Shown here one piece after another: positions 47,910-61,354 of a DNA stretch of 64,000 nt (the first letter of the stretch is position 1; every line of letters begins with the position of its first letter). The position numbers were made by a program, and so were the translations under genes. The stretch spans positions 54,438,001 through 54,502,000 of the forward strand of contig NW_024704742.1 in NCBI RefSeq assembly GCF_018977255.1, written 5' to 3'. The stretch is from Callorhinchus milii. Its lineage: Eukaryota. A model generated the notes under the pieces. That model saw only the letters and a list, made by a program, of their open reading frames with translations, searched no databases and had not been told where the DNA came from.

Positions 47910-50630
47910 AAATTAAAATCTAGTTCTAATTGTAGTAATATTTGGGTCTAATTTGTAGAATAGTGCAGCCCTATCATAACACATTTCATTAGGCACATTA
48001 TCTATAAATTGGTTGTAACATGTTTGCATAGCGGACATCATTCACTAAACATGCGTGCAACCAACCCACTGATGTCACACACATCAGTTGCTTTTCTGCC
48101 CTAAAGTGCCCAATGTGACTTCCTTCTTTGCTGCTTGTTTGGAAAGTGGATTTTGTCAACAACCTAATGACCCCCAAAGTGATACATTTTACCTTCCCGC
48201 ATTATATAATGGGTTATTTTGAAGTTACCAGGTGACTGCCAATATAACTTTTTGTGTGTGTGCAGGAAATGATGGGAAGCCAGACAATTTTTTTTCTCTG
48301 CGCCATCTGGCTGCACCTATGCATAGTGAAACCAGCTATCAGTTTGGATTTTTATGGATCCCTCCGACTGTCTTATAACAGTATTCCTCAATCAAGCATC
48401 CAAAGAGCTAAAATTCTGGTTGGCAATATACAAAGTGCCTTTGGCAATTTGCAGTAATAATAGCGAAATCCCATCAATGACCAACATTGCCCAAGGCACT
48501 GCACATAAAGCCAACCAGAATTTTAACCCATAAGTCACACAAATGGGCTAAACCGCAGACCTTGAGATTTGAGATAAGCCCTTTCCATGGATCAAACAGC
48601 AAAGTGCATCAGAGGTCAGAAGATATTCCAATGCTCAATACAAATCTTTTTGCAGACAATATTAAAACAAGCTTGCTCTTTTCTTTTGGCTGTGGACATC
48701 AAAGAGCAGAGATGTCCAATAAGATTAGTAGCGGATCACCTGACATATAAATTTCGACTTTCCTGAAAAAATATGTATGACTCTTGCCAAAACTGTGTAA
48801 CAAAACTATTCTGGGGACATAGAAACAGTACTGAATAGAATTATTATAAACAATAATAATAATAATGATGTTCTTGACATGAACAACTTTACAGATATGT
48901 GCAGAAACATTTTTAAAATTCTTGAAAAGTTACACTTCTAACCAAATTAGAATACCTAAATCTCTGGAGAAATAGTCCAAATGAGTAAAGAACATCAATC
49001 CTTGTTGCACTTCATTGTAAAACATTTTTTGTCTGTCTGCTTTCATCTTTCTATTGCGTCAGCCCATCTATTTCTGTATCCCTCAACTCAAGGCTCATCT
49101 AGTGCTATATACTCTCACCCTCTTTTGTTACACAGACTGGCTTTGCTGTCCCTACATCAAGCATTGTAAAGGGTAGATCAGGATAATTACTTTGCCAAGA
49201 GCCACTGCTACAAATTGTGGGGAGAGGCAAAGAAAGTGCACACTGAGTGTCCCTTCATATCTCATTATCAACTCAAAGAGTTGAAATTTACATAATGCTC
49301 ATTTAGTTTCTTCAATCCCTTGCTTCTAATTTATTTGCCTTTTCCTCCCAATTCAGTACACCAGCTGACAAATGGACTCAAATCGCAAACTGTAACACTT
49401 CCACTACCAATGACACCAAAGTTTACATCAGCTGCACTCATCTGTTTCGGTAAAAGTGGGTTCAGTAGTTGTCCACTGCCATCAGTTGGTTTAGGTATCT
49501 TTATTGAATCACTGTTCTGGAATTAGGTATTGCTGCAATATCATGTTTCCCATTTCTTATCAGTGTTAAGTTACTCTGGCAGTAGAGACTGCAGTTCCAT
49601 GTGGTTATTTTCCTGCCTATTAAACGAGTTAGCTATGTTCAAGTCAGTCAGGAATAATATCCATCTACTATGTGCAGGATATTAGCTTTTTGCCACCAAC
49701 CTGGCTCAGTTTGCCTCAGAATTACAACAGAATTAGAAAGTTGTAGTGTAAGTCTCATGTCAGGACTTGAGCCCATTGTTTAGGATGACACTTCAATCCA
49801 GTGCTATGGATATGTTACTTTGTTGGAGATGAGCCAATTATGAGCCAAAATTGAATGTCGACATTGTAAAATAGTAATAATAGTGAAAACTCTATGGCTA
49901 TTCACACAATTGAAAAGAAAACTCCCTGAACAGGCAGGAATATTTGTTCTTGGTTTAGGGTCTCACCTCCAACAATACAACACCCCCCCAGCACACATAT
50001 AAATTGTGTATTGATAGTGAAAGTTCACGGAAGAGGAAAAAGAAGAATAAATACTATTGGAAAAGAAAAGTAATTGGCAATTTGTAGAAGTTATTACTTG
50101 CCAACTTAAAATAATTGTGCTTGGTGATCAAAACAAAAATGTGTTGCAAAAAAACTACTGGATTCTCACAAGAAATATAAGTAAGCAGAAATTGATTCTC
50201 GGAAGTACAGATTCAGTATGAAAATACCTGACTGATCTTACACATGAAATATGATTCATTTATTGTAGAAAAAAATTATTTTTTGTTGAATTGTAAACCA
50301 AGGCTCAGTAATAGTTTTTTCATTCCAATTCTTCAGTCCTGTTTACAGTCTTCATGTTCTAATACATCAGCTGGCTATTCTTTCATTGAGATTTGGTTAT
50401 AAAAGATTTGAAATATAAATCACTCACAGGGGCCATAATTGTGTTTTGTGAATAAGTGATGTCTGAGTTCTGACGTTATATGGAATACATTCTGAATATT
50501 TGTTCTCAAGTCAATTACATTCATTATATTCTTTCAACAACTATTTTACTACCAGAACAGGCAGCTGGTGTATGCCTGGTTGTTTTATTATTTCATGACT
50601 ATAAACAGGAAAAGCTTTAAAAGAACAATA

Positions 50631-51181
50631 CTTCAGGGCCATCTATTTTGCCCAACTTAACCGGCGTCTGAGGTTAACCAACGTTCCCTCACATCTTCCC
50701 GCCCAGTAGAGTGTTGGTGGCACCTCCTCCCTCCCATTGCCATTTCCATTGAGAGGGAAGGTGGCCAATCAATGGCCTCTGAGGTGATTGACAGCTGACT
50801 GGAGGCTGTCAATCAATCGCGATTTGACTCCTCCAATTCTCTCCCTTGTTTCTTCCCCGTTCCCCCACCTCCTCATTGATTGACAGCTCATAGCCACTTA
50901 TGAATGGCTGGAGTTTCCTGTCAATCAACCACAATTTGACTCCACCTGCCGCCACCCTGGAGCTGCTCATGGTTGAATGGAGTCACTCGAGACACACAGG
51001 GTGCAAGTGAGTAGAACAGCAGTGACCAGCACAGCATTTTTTCCAGATTAACCAGAATTTTGTCCAAATTAACTGGCATATTTAAAACAGATAAGAGTAC
51101 AAATGAATTGGGGCTGGGAATTTTGTCCGATTTACTCAGCGTCCAGATTTAACTGGTGTCCAACTTAAGTGGCTTCCGCTG
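50631..51181. mobile_element. Tc1/mariner (Tigger-like) non-autonomous DNA transposon
   Basis: Right end CCAACTTAAGTGGCTTCCGCTG|TA; repeated ccaa/g(a)ttaac subterminal motifs at both ends; left TIR degenerate after TA at 50629-50630. Confidence 0.55.
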
Positions 51182-51194
51182 TACTTGGATTCGG

Positions 51195-51476
51195 TGTCAG
51201 CCTGGCTCAGGTGATAGTAATCTTGCCTCTTAGTTGGGACTTGAACCTCATATAGTCAAGGGTGACAATCCATTTCAATGCTAGAGGGGTGTTACATTGA
51301 TGGAGGTCAGCAGTCCTTTGGATGTGATATTCACTTCATGACTATTTGTGGAACATTTCTGTGTATAAATTCATCCACAACCTACACACACTCCACTTTA
51401 CAGAATATCTTGTGAAGCGCCTTTTGAGACATACTCATGATGTAAAAAGTGTAACATCAAATGCAAGGATTATTAG
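51195..51476 (+). mobile_element. Deu-domain SINE, decayed and deleted
   Basis: tgtcagcctggctcag head, cctttggatgtgatatt core remnant, shared tail. Confidence 0.65.
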
Positions 51477-51512
51477 AGTAAACAAAGATGCTAAATTTTT
51501 TGCTAGTTTGTG

Positions 51513-51832
51513 CAACAACAACAACAAGATTACATTTGTATAGCGCCTTTCACGTCGGGAGAACGTCCCAAGGCGCTGGACAGGGTACAGCATTTCAGAC
51601 CCGAGCTGGGGTCAGGTGGGGAGAAGAGAGGGGAGAGGAAGGGGGGTGGACGATGGCATGGTCGAAGAGAAGGGTCTTGAGGCAGGACTTGAAGGAGGTT
51701 AAGGAGGGGGCGAGGCGGAGTGATTGGGGGATGGAATTTCAGAAGTTGGGGGCAGAGTGGCTGAAGGCTCTTCCGCCAATGGTGGGGCGGGTGGACGGGG
51801 GCCGTGGAGCAGGCCGGAGGCGGCTGAGCGGA
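51513..51832 (-). mobile_element. L2 LINE 3' end (young, CpG-retaining)
   Basis: (CAA)n gattacatttgtatagcgcctttcacgtcgggag...ggctgaaggctcttccgccaatggtggggcggg. Confidence 0.9.
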
Positions 51833-53065
51833 GATTAGATCTAAAGTCATTTGCACCATTTGCCATTATTGGATCTCAACTTGTGGAAGCAGTTTGTGGA
51901 GCACGGGGATAACTCAACTTTTATTATTTAAAAGTATTAAAATTAATGGCTGGCAAATTCAAGTGACGACTTCAGGTCCAATCACTCTGGCAGGATCGGG
52001 ATGCAGTGACACTGTGGTCAGCCTTTAGTTACCAGCTGACAGCATTTATTAGCAATGTGAACATTATCAGCAGTGAGAATTCTTACCAGAGATAATTAAC
52101 ACATCACAGGTTGTCATTTTCACCTTACAGTGATGTGCTCCCTTTCAGATCGCAGACTTGTGAGATGGTTTGAGATGTCTCAATGTGATAAGGTGCTATA
52201 AAAATGCAAGTTTATTTATTTTCTTTCTACTGTTGTTTATCTGCGGGAAGTTTGAATGCTCTGTGCAATCTCATACATATATATATGCATGCCATTTCAC
52301 ACTCAGGCAAACGTGTTTCTTATGTATAGTTTATGATGCTGAAAATCAGATGCTTTCTGTATTTTGTAGGTAAAGAAATGAGAGGTCAGAGGTGTCTGAA
52401 CCCCGTGATGCATGAATAAAGATTGCAGTAAGCACATCAACAACTGAGAAAATGTCATGACAAAGAAAAACAGATCTATCCTCAGGCCAGCAGAAGAGGG
52501 GAAAGTTGATTATCACATTCTTGACAAGAAACTTGCAAAATGATCTGGAAACTAAATCGTCTTATCAAGCAATAACCTCTTAATCTGGGTTATATACATA
52601 GGGGTACTGAATACAAGAACAAGTAAGTAATATTGAATTTGTACAAGATAATATCTAGAATAGATTGTGTAGAGAGTGAGTGTGCCCGTGGATCCCGAGG
52701 GAACAGAATCCTCCAGGACAACACAACCTGCTGAGATTGGCAACGTTTCCCTTTAGGAAAATCCTTGGAGATACATCAATACTATGATATGTGGGACTTC
52801 CAAATTTCCTGGCACTTTCTCACTGAAGTTCTTCTCACCCCCACATCCCGCTGGCTACTCATTCCACTCCACTAATTCTAGCCTGCATTGTCCTTCCACC
52901 ATCTTTGCCCCATCATCAGTAGGCAAGTTTTCAGCCACTGTTCCTCCATTGGTTGAATCTCACCTCCAAAATTGCTCTGCTTTGCCCACTTTCTCTGTCT
53001 TCAAAACCTGACTAAGGACCTATCTTTTTGATTGCATATTTGGCCACCTCGCCAAACACATCAAT

Positions 53066-53210
53066 CAATTTTGCACACAGCAATGTTCCACAAAAAATTA
53101 TGATGTGAATGACCAATTGTATTTGAAGGATTATTGGTTAGGACACCAGGAGACACACTCCTGGTGTCTCTTCCCTTTTCGACTGGGATCTGTAATTTCC
53201 ATCTGAACAT
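53066..53210 (-). mobile_element. Deu SINE fragment
   Basis: caattttgcacacagcaatgttccaca..ggacaccaggag..tgggatct..catctgaaca. Confidence 0.6.
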
Positions 53211-54321
53211 ATTCAGCACTAGAGCCAATTTTTTCTATGAAAGGTAGAAAATCATTTAAAAGGTTTGCCAGTCTCTCCACTCCACAAACTCTGGCCTGCT
53301 TTGACCTCCCACCATTTTTTTAAAAATCCCTTTATGCCTCGCACTGTCCTACCTATTCGATCTACTAACCCCCCCACTCCACCACCTGCTACCTGTGCTT
53401 GGCTGGTTTCGGCTTCCTGTTTGTCCCTGCCAGTGTCCGACAGTGACAGTGTCAGACTCTGCCACTGTTACGTGTTCCAGGACACTACCCCACGTGAAGG
53501 GTGCTATATAAATGCTAGTTGTTGTTGTGACATAAGTATAATGATTACAACAGAAAAATCATACAGAAAATGCAAGGAATTTTCTTTACACAAATTTATA
53601 TTTTCTTAGTCATATTCTGAACCTAGGTAACATGCAATGTTAGGCAGAATATGGACAAAGCAGCCAAACGAAAAATAAAGTATAAATTATAGAAATTATG
53701 CTATTGGATAAAAGTAATTTGCATAGTGCTTCAGTAATCTATGTTGATAAAGTTTAACAATAAAATAATTAGTGTGACAACAACTTTCAGTTCTCTGCTA
53801 TTCTCCAAAATTGTAAAGATGCCTTCTAAAGGTATCACTGAATTATTTAGGTTTTGTTATCACAGTACTATTTATCTCTGATCTGCAATATGCAATCAAG
53901 GTTTATGGTTGTGGAAATACATGTACATAAGAATAAAATATACAAATACTTATGATGATCCAGGTTGGTATTTTAGTTTCCGTGGAGCCATGTGAGACGA
54001 CAATGAAAATCGCCTTCAAGAGAGGAGGAGAAAGAAAATAAATGTTCATGGCTAATTTTGCATTCCATGAACATTTTCGTCCACATAATTTTCTTTTCTA
54101 ATTTATCACAAGCAGAATGAGACACATTAATAAGACCTGATTGTACTTTGTTTTAGGAAGCCATAATGTATTGCAGCAACAACAACAAATTGCATTTGTA
54201 TAGTGCCTTTCACATCAGGATGTGATTGAAAAGGGGTAAATTCAGAACAAATCTACACAAACACTATTTCAGTGTAATATCACTGCACAGAAATATGCAA
54301 TTGGATATGCAGGAGAAACAC

Positions 54322-54545
54322 AAATAATAATAATTATAACAATAATCATTGCATTTGATATAGCACCTTATCACATCATGAAAATGTCACAAAGTTCTTC
54401 ACAGGATTTCATTGTAAAGTGAAGTGACTGTGTATTTTTAGGCCAATGTGGCAGTCATTTTGCATGCAACAAGCTCCCAAAAACAACGCAGAAGTGATTG
54501 ATCAATTTCATCTTGAATGATCAACGTAATGCTGGTCAGGACACC
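54322..54545 (-). mobile_element. SINE 3' fragment
   Basis: (AAT)n cattgcatttgatatagcaccttatcac...ggtcaggacacc. Confidence 0.75.
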
Positions 54546-54651
54546 TTTCTAAGAGCGAACATAATGTAGATGAAAAAATGTTCATCGGGAAAATTGGAGC
54601 ATAATTAGTGCCTCAAAGTTGAGCAAAATCCCTTGGGATGTATTCAAGTAT

Positions 54652-55344
54652 AATTTGGGTGTCCTTGTACACCAGTCTCAAAAAGTTAGTTTGCAGGTGC
54701 AGCAAGCAACTAAGAAGGCAAATGGTATGTTAGCGTTCGTTGCAAAAGGTTCAGAGTACAAGAGTAGGGAAGTCTTGCTGCAACTGTATAGGGCCTTGGT
54801 GAGACCTCACCTAGAGTATTGTGTGCAGTTTTGGTCTCCTTATTTAAAAAACATACTTGCCCTAGAGGGGGTGCAGCGTAGATTCACTCGGTTAGTTCCT
54901 GGGATGAAGGGACTGACCTATGAGGATAGGCTGAATAAACTGGGGCTATATTCTCTAGAGTACAGAAGAATTAGAGGGGATCTTATTGAAACATATAAGA
55001 TTCTTAAAGGGCTGGATAAAGTAGACACTGAGGGACTGTTTCCCCTGGTAGGAGAATCTATAACCAGGGGTCACAGTCTTAAAATTAAGGGTCAGCCTTT
55101 TAGAACAGAGTTGAGGAAACATTTCTTCACTCAGAGGGTAGTGAATTTATGGAATTCACTACCCCAGAAGGCTGTAGATGCTCAGTCCTTGAACATCTTC
55201 AAGGCTAAGACTGATAGATTTTTTAAAAATAGAGGGATTAGGTGATATGGGGATAGGGCAGGTAATTAGAGTTAGGTCAGAAGATCAGCCATGATCTTAT
55301 CAAATGGCGGGGCAGGCTCGAGGGGCCGAATGGCCTACTCCTGC
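54652..55344 (+). mobile_element. CR1 LINE 3' end, young, with open ORF2 C-terminus
   Basis: ORF 54619-55245 LGVLVHQSQKVSLQVQQATKKANGML..LVRPHLEYCVQFWSPY..RRIRGDLIETYK..FFTQRVVNLWNSLP; 3' UTR ggggccgaatggcctactcctgctcct and ttcttatg tail. Confidence 0.95.
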
Positions 55345-57589
55345 TCCTAATTCTTATGTTCTTATATCACATCATTCAGCGAGAGCTTGGTTTATTCCTG
55401 AGATCGCTGAAGTCTTAAGAGTCCTCATGAAGTCCATGGGTTCTTTGCAAGTGATTTACTTTAAGTCTCTGTGTGTTTTTTTTCAGCATCAAGGGATCGT
55501 TTACATTGCCATTCTCCTGATGACTTGCTTTTTCAACACTATAATTTTATTCTGTGTGACACGTAAACATCCCTGATCTTCATACTTCAATATCCATTGT
55601 TTTCCTCTCAAAGAAATTGAGGCTTTCACTACCCATTTTTATTACCAGAACAATACAGTGTTCTCCCAAAACACAGCATATATTAAAAAACTATTTTATT
55701 GGCACTGAGTGACATATTGACCTTCCTGAAGCTTGAATCCAGCCCTGGTTGAAATTCTATTTTTCATCTTGGCTATAAGGGTTATACATGAAATGAGTTT
55801 GGGCAGTCTTAGTCTTGTGCCCAGGAGTCATGTTCAAAATTAATTTAACAGCTCAAAATTGGCCATAACTGCATCCATTGGCATTCTTAAGTCAGAAAGT
55901 CGATAAGAATGGTTGGTGTGGGATGTGGAAAAATGTCTTCCTGTGAGATTGAACTGCTTTGTCAGATTATTGATTGAGTCACATTATTGGTCAGAGTGAG
56001 GGGAGCTAGCTACTGCACTCTGCAAAGCTTCTTATATACAACTCCATAGGATAAAAGAGTAAATTGTAGAATGCCATCCATTCTTACATACTAAGGCTGC
56101 CGCATAAGGGGTGCAAGTTTAGGGTTGTAAAGGAATCTAGGAAGTATTTTGTTTGCCCTAAAAGTAAACATCAGCTGAGCTGGGTTGGGTTACGACAGGA
56201 CTCTGGACTTGTTCAGGAAATAGTTTGATGCTGCATTAGAAAGAATGTACGGTTGGTGTTCTGTAAAGATGAGATAAAATGGTCCTAAGGACATTATTCA
56301 GTCAAATCTTTCTTGCAATATTGTGATTTGGGATTGCTTGAGGGTGATGCAAGGTGCAAAACATAGAATGCTGACATCCTTCACCTTGATAAACAAATAT
56401 TGTAGAAAGAGTTTTATTTCTTGAACCCTTTGCTAACAGTTCTTGTTTTCCAAGGGGAGAAAATGCTCTTAATATTCTATTATTTTGCTTGTATCAACAG
56501 ATTCTGTGTCACTCTGTCTTTACCATTAACTTGTGTGCCTAGCATTATGCATAATGGAGTCAATCTAGTGGTATTTCTCAATTTAAGAAATCCAAATGGG
56601 GATTCCTCTGGGAATTCAAAGTGTCTACAGTACATTTCTCTGACTTGAAGGAAGCCCAATGTGGCAATAGTTTGAATTGGAGGTCCATTCCAAAGAGTGA
56701 GTGGAATGGATTTATTGGTTTCTTAATTAAGAAATCAATTAGGAAATACAGCAAAATTGACCATAGTATTTCAGAGCACACGATAAAAGTTAACAATTCT
56801 TACTCTGTGTGCAAAAAGATGCTTTGCTGACCCATTGTGTTACCATGTATCTAGATTATATTATATATCACAGTGAGATTATTGATTGAGTGTAATACTG
56901 ACAAAATGAAGTTACATTTTAATACTTTTTATTAGATCATAAATTCTACCAAGTTTATTAGTTGAGGTGATGAACCATGCAGTGTCATGATATGTTTTTA
57001 AGATAGGCCTGTTGTTACTCTTTATGTCTACAGCTGCACATTAAACTATGTAATTGAAAATCACACTATAAATTCTCATATGCCCTGTTTCCTTGACCCA
57101 AATGTACATACAGTAATTTAGGTTAACCATAGAAATGCTGAATAAATATAACGCTCCACTGCAGAACTTTACACCTACATAACAATTTATATCCTCTTTC
57201 TCTAACTTAAGGCAAGTTCTCCAGTTGTAACAAAATCCTGTGGCCCAACTTGAGAGAAATCCCTCTCCCTTACATGGTTGCTATGTGGGACTTTGTGGGG
57301 CTTGATAAACTTCATAATTACCAAATGAGAGGTTCCCTTGAATGCTGAGCTGCAATTAGTTGCTGCTCTTCCCACTTTGCTTGACAGTGATATCCACATT
57401 TCTCACTGCCCACAAAATATTTGTATGCTACTGAACCACACTAAAGGAAACATACACATCCTTTCCCTCTTTAACTGTTTCACTATCAGAATGCTTTGGC
57501 ACAACTATGTCCAAGTAGACATTTGTGGCAACTGCAACCTCTTTCATTATTTTAATTAGAATATTTAATATCAGGCAGGACAAAGTGAC

Positions 57590-57740
57590 AATAAAAAAAT
57601 CCTTGGATTTAATATAACGCCTTATCACAGTGAAACACCTCAAATACTTTCACATTGCATTCTGTAAAGTGTAGTGATTGAGTATTTATAGGGGATAAAT
57701 TTGCATATGACCATGTCCCATAAACAGCCATGAAGTTAAT
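57590..57740 (-). mobile_element. SINE 3' fragment
   Basis: aatccttggatttaatataacgccttatcac...gtcccataaacagccatgaagt. Confidence 0.7.
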
Positions 57741-59894
57741 TTTTTTTCATCTTTACTCACAAATTCAGCCATAACTTGGGAGTTTATTTACTGTAGGTCT
57801 TAAGTAAACTGCATAAAATTCCATTCCATTTGCGAACATTCTCTATGCTCTGCAACTTTAAGAAAAAAAATAAAGTCGAAAACCAGATGAAATTTTGGGT
57901 CCTGACAATTTAGATCTGTACCAGGGGGTTCAGGACAATTCTAGATTCAATCACCATCTCGAACTGGCAATCCTCCAATGCACACCTTCACATTTGCTTC
58001 AGATCTTGTTCTTAAGTAAAAGTTGCCCTTTGTCTTGCTAATAAGTATAAGTTCCTCTGCAGTGTACCAGCATGTAACTTTCATCTGTAGGAGTTATGCA
58101 AAGTCAGGACTGTTAAACATGAGGGAATTTATAAGTTTTTCCTGGTGCTGATTATCATTCTAAGGCCAAACATTTGGTTGTGTATGTATTAGAGTATTTC
58201 CCTGGACAAGAGTAAATATTTTATTATATCCGAGTATTCGCTTTACAAGAGGAATGAGGTGGAGCCTGTTCTCTTGGGTTGGCAGATGGTAAATAATGTT
58301 TTCGATGTTCCTATTAACCAACTTTGGAGTGTAGGTTTCAATACAAGGTTTTAGAACAATTATAGCTTTTTCAACTTGATCTTTGGACAACATGCATATA
58401 CTGCCTTGAAGCCATGTCTGATGACTGGTCTTTGAAAATCATATATGCCTGTGGAAATAAGATACAATTATGTTTATTGAACAACAAATGTAATTGAAAA
58501 GACATTTGCTGCATTTCAAATACACTTCAGGTGCTTCAATCCTTCCGGAGATACACCACAGCGTGGTTCTCTGTTAGTCATCATGTCATGCTGTATTGCT
58601 TGCAGCATGGCTAGCTGCTGTGGGAGTTTGTTGTATAACCTTGCTGATAGATGAACTACTGTAGATAAGAAGTAACTGGGTTTGGTTGCTCCTCATAAAG
58701 CCAGGAAGATATAGGCAGAATTAAACATTTTGCTTGAAACAACTGGAGTGTTTTCCCTCCCCACGTCTGTGAGCATATAAATAAAAGTTACAGCCCACAA
58801 AAATAGTGTCATAAGAAACTTTTGTGACTAATGAGCTAAAATATTTATTTTGCAGGTTTACCAATTAAACGTCCAGTCAACTTTCTCATACAGCATCTGT
58901 ATGAGAAAGGCAAGGTGTCCAGTGGAAAGTTCTGTGAAATGTTAGAAGGGTGAAGTGGTGAAAGCTAAGTTTGTGACTTGATTTAATTTATTATAATAGG
59001 CATATTCTACATTAATTGGAGCAAATGTTGCAACATTTAAATTTTTCTTGCCCTATGATAATATAAGAGGACAACAATTAAGCTTTGCTACTACATGAGA
59101 TTTATTATTTCCCTTCCATTTTACCTTCTTGCTGATGTTTTCCTCTTCTGAAAGTGCTGACTCAAGCAAAGGTACAATTCTATGGCATTGGTCATCCTCT
59201 TGAAACAAGTCTAAGTAACTATTCCTCATAGTTGAGTCTAGACAAAAATGTTGGCAGGTGATATGACCATAGTGGAAATCACTGCTGAGCTAATTTCTGC
59301 ACACAGGGTTCAGGGACAGAATCGTGGCAGATTTTTCCTTCCCTAAACAGAGATGCTGATTTTTTTGGAGACCGGGATGTAAAAAAAAATTAACAAGAGT
59401 TAATAGATTTAATTGGAGGTTTGTGCAATTACCAAATTACACAGAATTGCATGGAATGTAACTGGATGGAAACAGGCCATTTGGCCTGATTAATCTGTGC
59501 AAATGCTTGTATGACACATAAACCTCCGACTCTCTTAATCCCCTCTCCCATACCCTTATATTTCCTTTTCTCTCATATTTGGTCCAAATAGTCCAAATTA
59601 AATTAAATCAGGGTCAATTTTTAAAACCATGGTGGAGATTTGTGCTGACTTAATAATATCTCATTTGCACCCAAAGGTCAAATCTTTGCCACAGCATAAA
59701 AGAAGAAAGATCCACTGTACAATGTGCTAGACCTACGTATTGTTGCATTAATATTCACCACTGATGAAATGTCAATTCAGTGGCTTCATTGAAACCTCTG
59801 TGAACCAGGGGCAAAGCTACATAAGGCATCATTTCAAATGCTTTGACTTCAGTGAGGTCTATCATCCTAGGCTCTCTGCAGTAATGGCTGAATA

Positions 59895-60008
59895 TAATAA
59901 TAATAATAATCCTTGCATTTGATATAGCGCCTTATCACATTTTCTAGACGTCTCAAAGCGCTTCACAAAATATACTATAAAGTGAATTGACTGTACATTG
60001 TTGGCGAA
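59895..60008 (-). mobile_element. SINE 3' fragment (young)
   Basis: (AAT)n ccttgcatttgatatagcgccttatcac..gacgtctcaaagcgcttcac. Confidence 0.85.
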
Positions 60009-60744
60009 AGATGTTGGAAAGATGTTGCAGTTGAGAATGTGGAAGGTTTTTACAACTTTAAAGAAACACAATTGTTTGCCCTCAAACAACTCTGGGAGTT
60101 ATGAAGAGTCAGTGACCATCAGTGGACTATGTTAGGGATTTCAGAGGCAAAACTTTGGAACTTGGGCAGTTACCTATCCAATACTGGTAGATTGGTGGTA
60201 AAAGTACCCACATAGGCAGAAAGTTACCCCCCACCCAGCCCCCTACCCGCCCCAGACATTGAAGTAATGTTAGAACTGAAGACAGGTTTAAGTGGAGCAA
60301 TCTATTTTAGGAGAAGAGGATATTGTTGTCATTTCCATGGACTAAGCTTTGCTGTCTTTTGCTTGATATATTTTTTTCTCTTCCAAAATTTTCACGGTCC
60401 CATGTTCTCTTCTCTCTTTTAGGGTTTCTATGGCAGAATTATAAAGGAAGAGATAAGTAAGGTTAGTTCTGGTTTCCACTTAACAAACCCAGCAGCAATA
60501 TCTGTGGATGAGCCAAAGGGCATTTTACACTTCATTTTTATCTTTTAATTGCAAGTTTTCACATGGAAATGTAAATTGCTATGCATATTTTTCTTCAAAA
60601 ACATGATGCATAATCATGGCATAATGAACTGGGAAAAATTAATTTTAGTTAGAGCATCATTCACTAAACCTTTTACTCTAGATCATCTATCATGCTAAAT
60701 TCCTGACTAAGGAGAAACAGCTTTGTAAGATTATTTAAAAAAAG

Positions 60745-61036
60745 TAATCCTTGCATTTGATATAGCACCTTACCTCAACATGTATTTCTGTGGGGCGAAT
60801 TTGACAACCAATATGTGCACAGCAGTGTCTCACAAACAGCCATGGAGTGAGTTATTGATTTCAGTTGAGGAATTGTTGGCCAAGACACCAGGAGGAACTT
60901 CCTTCTCTTTTCAAATAGTGATACTTAACATTCACCTGAAGAGGCAGACTTGATCTTGGTTTAAAATCTCATCTGACGGATGTCACCTTTGACAATGCAG
61001 CACACCCCCAGCATTGCATGGAGTATCAGCCTAGAC
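60745..61036 (-). mobile_element. Deu-domain SINE, head missing
   Basis: Reverse tail and Deu core cacctgaagaggcagac..ggtttaaaatctcatctg..ggagtatcagcctagac. Confidence 0.8.
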
Positions 61037-61075
61037 CCTAAATATTATATGAATCATATATATGATGTATTATAT

Positions 61076-61276
61076 CAGTCTCGGCCAAACTATGGCACGC
61101 AGGGCTGTCAAGAAGTGCCTCCCCGAACATTCGTACTAGTCTAGATAAGTCCATGTTCGATTGATAGTGTGTTTCCAGGTTTTTCTTGAATATTTCTTGA
61201 TTTGGGTCATAAATCAAGAAGTATTCAACCAAGAAAATGTATTTTGCTGGGCTACCAAAAAGATTGGCTACCACTG
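61076..61276 (+). mobile_element. hAT (Charlie-like) MITE, copy 1
   Basis: Perfect 8-bp TSD TATTATAT (61068-61075 and 61277-61284); imperfect TIRs CAGTCTCGGCCAAACT / CAGTGGTAGCCAATCT. Confidence 0.88.
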
Positions 61277-61354
61277 TATTATATAATCTTGATAACATAG
61301 AAGTAATCTAAAATTGGAGTTTTAAGTTGAGTGTCTGAATCAACTGAGGCCAAA

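Noticed and set aside
54619..55245. Longest ORF (208 aa) as a host gene
   Set aside because: It is the ORF2 C-terminus of a 5'-truncated CR1, followed by the CR1 3' UTR
58000..58393. L1-like RT linker relic on the minus strand (DQVEKAIIVLKP)
   Set aside because: Only one or two short weak blocks; not supportable without a profile search
59135..59360. Old shark-type interspersed repeat
   Set aside because: Looks familiar but is single-copy in this window with no diagnostic termini
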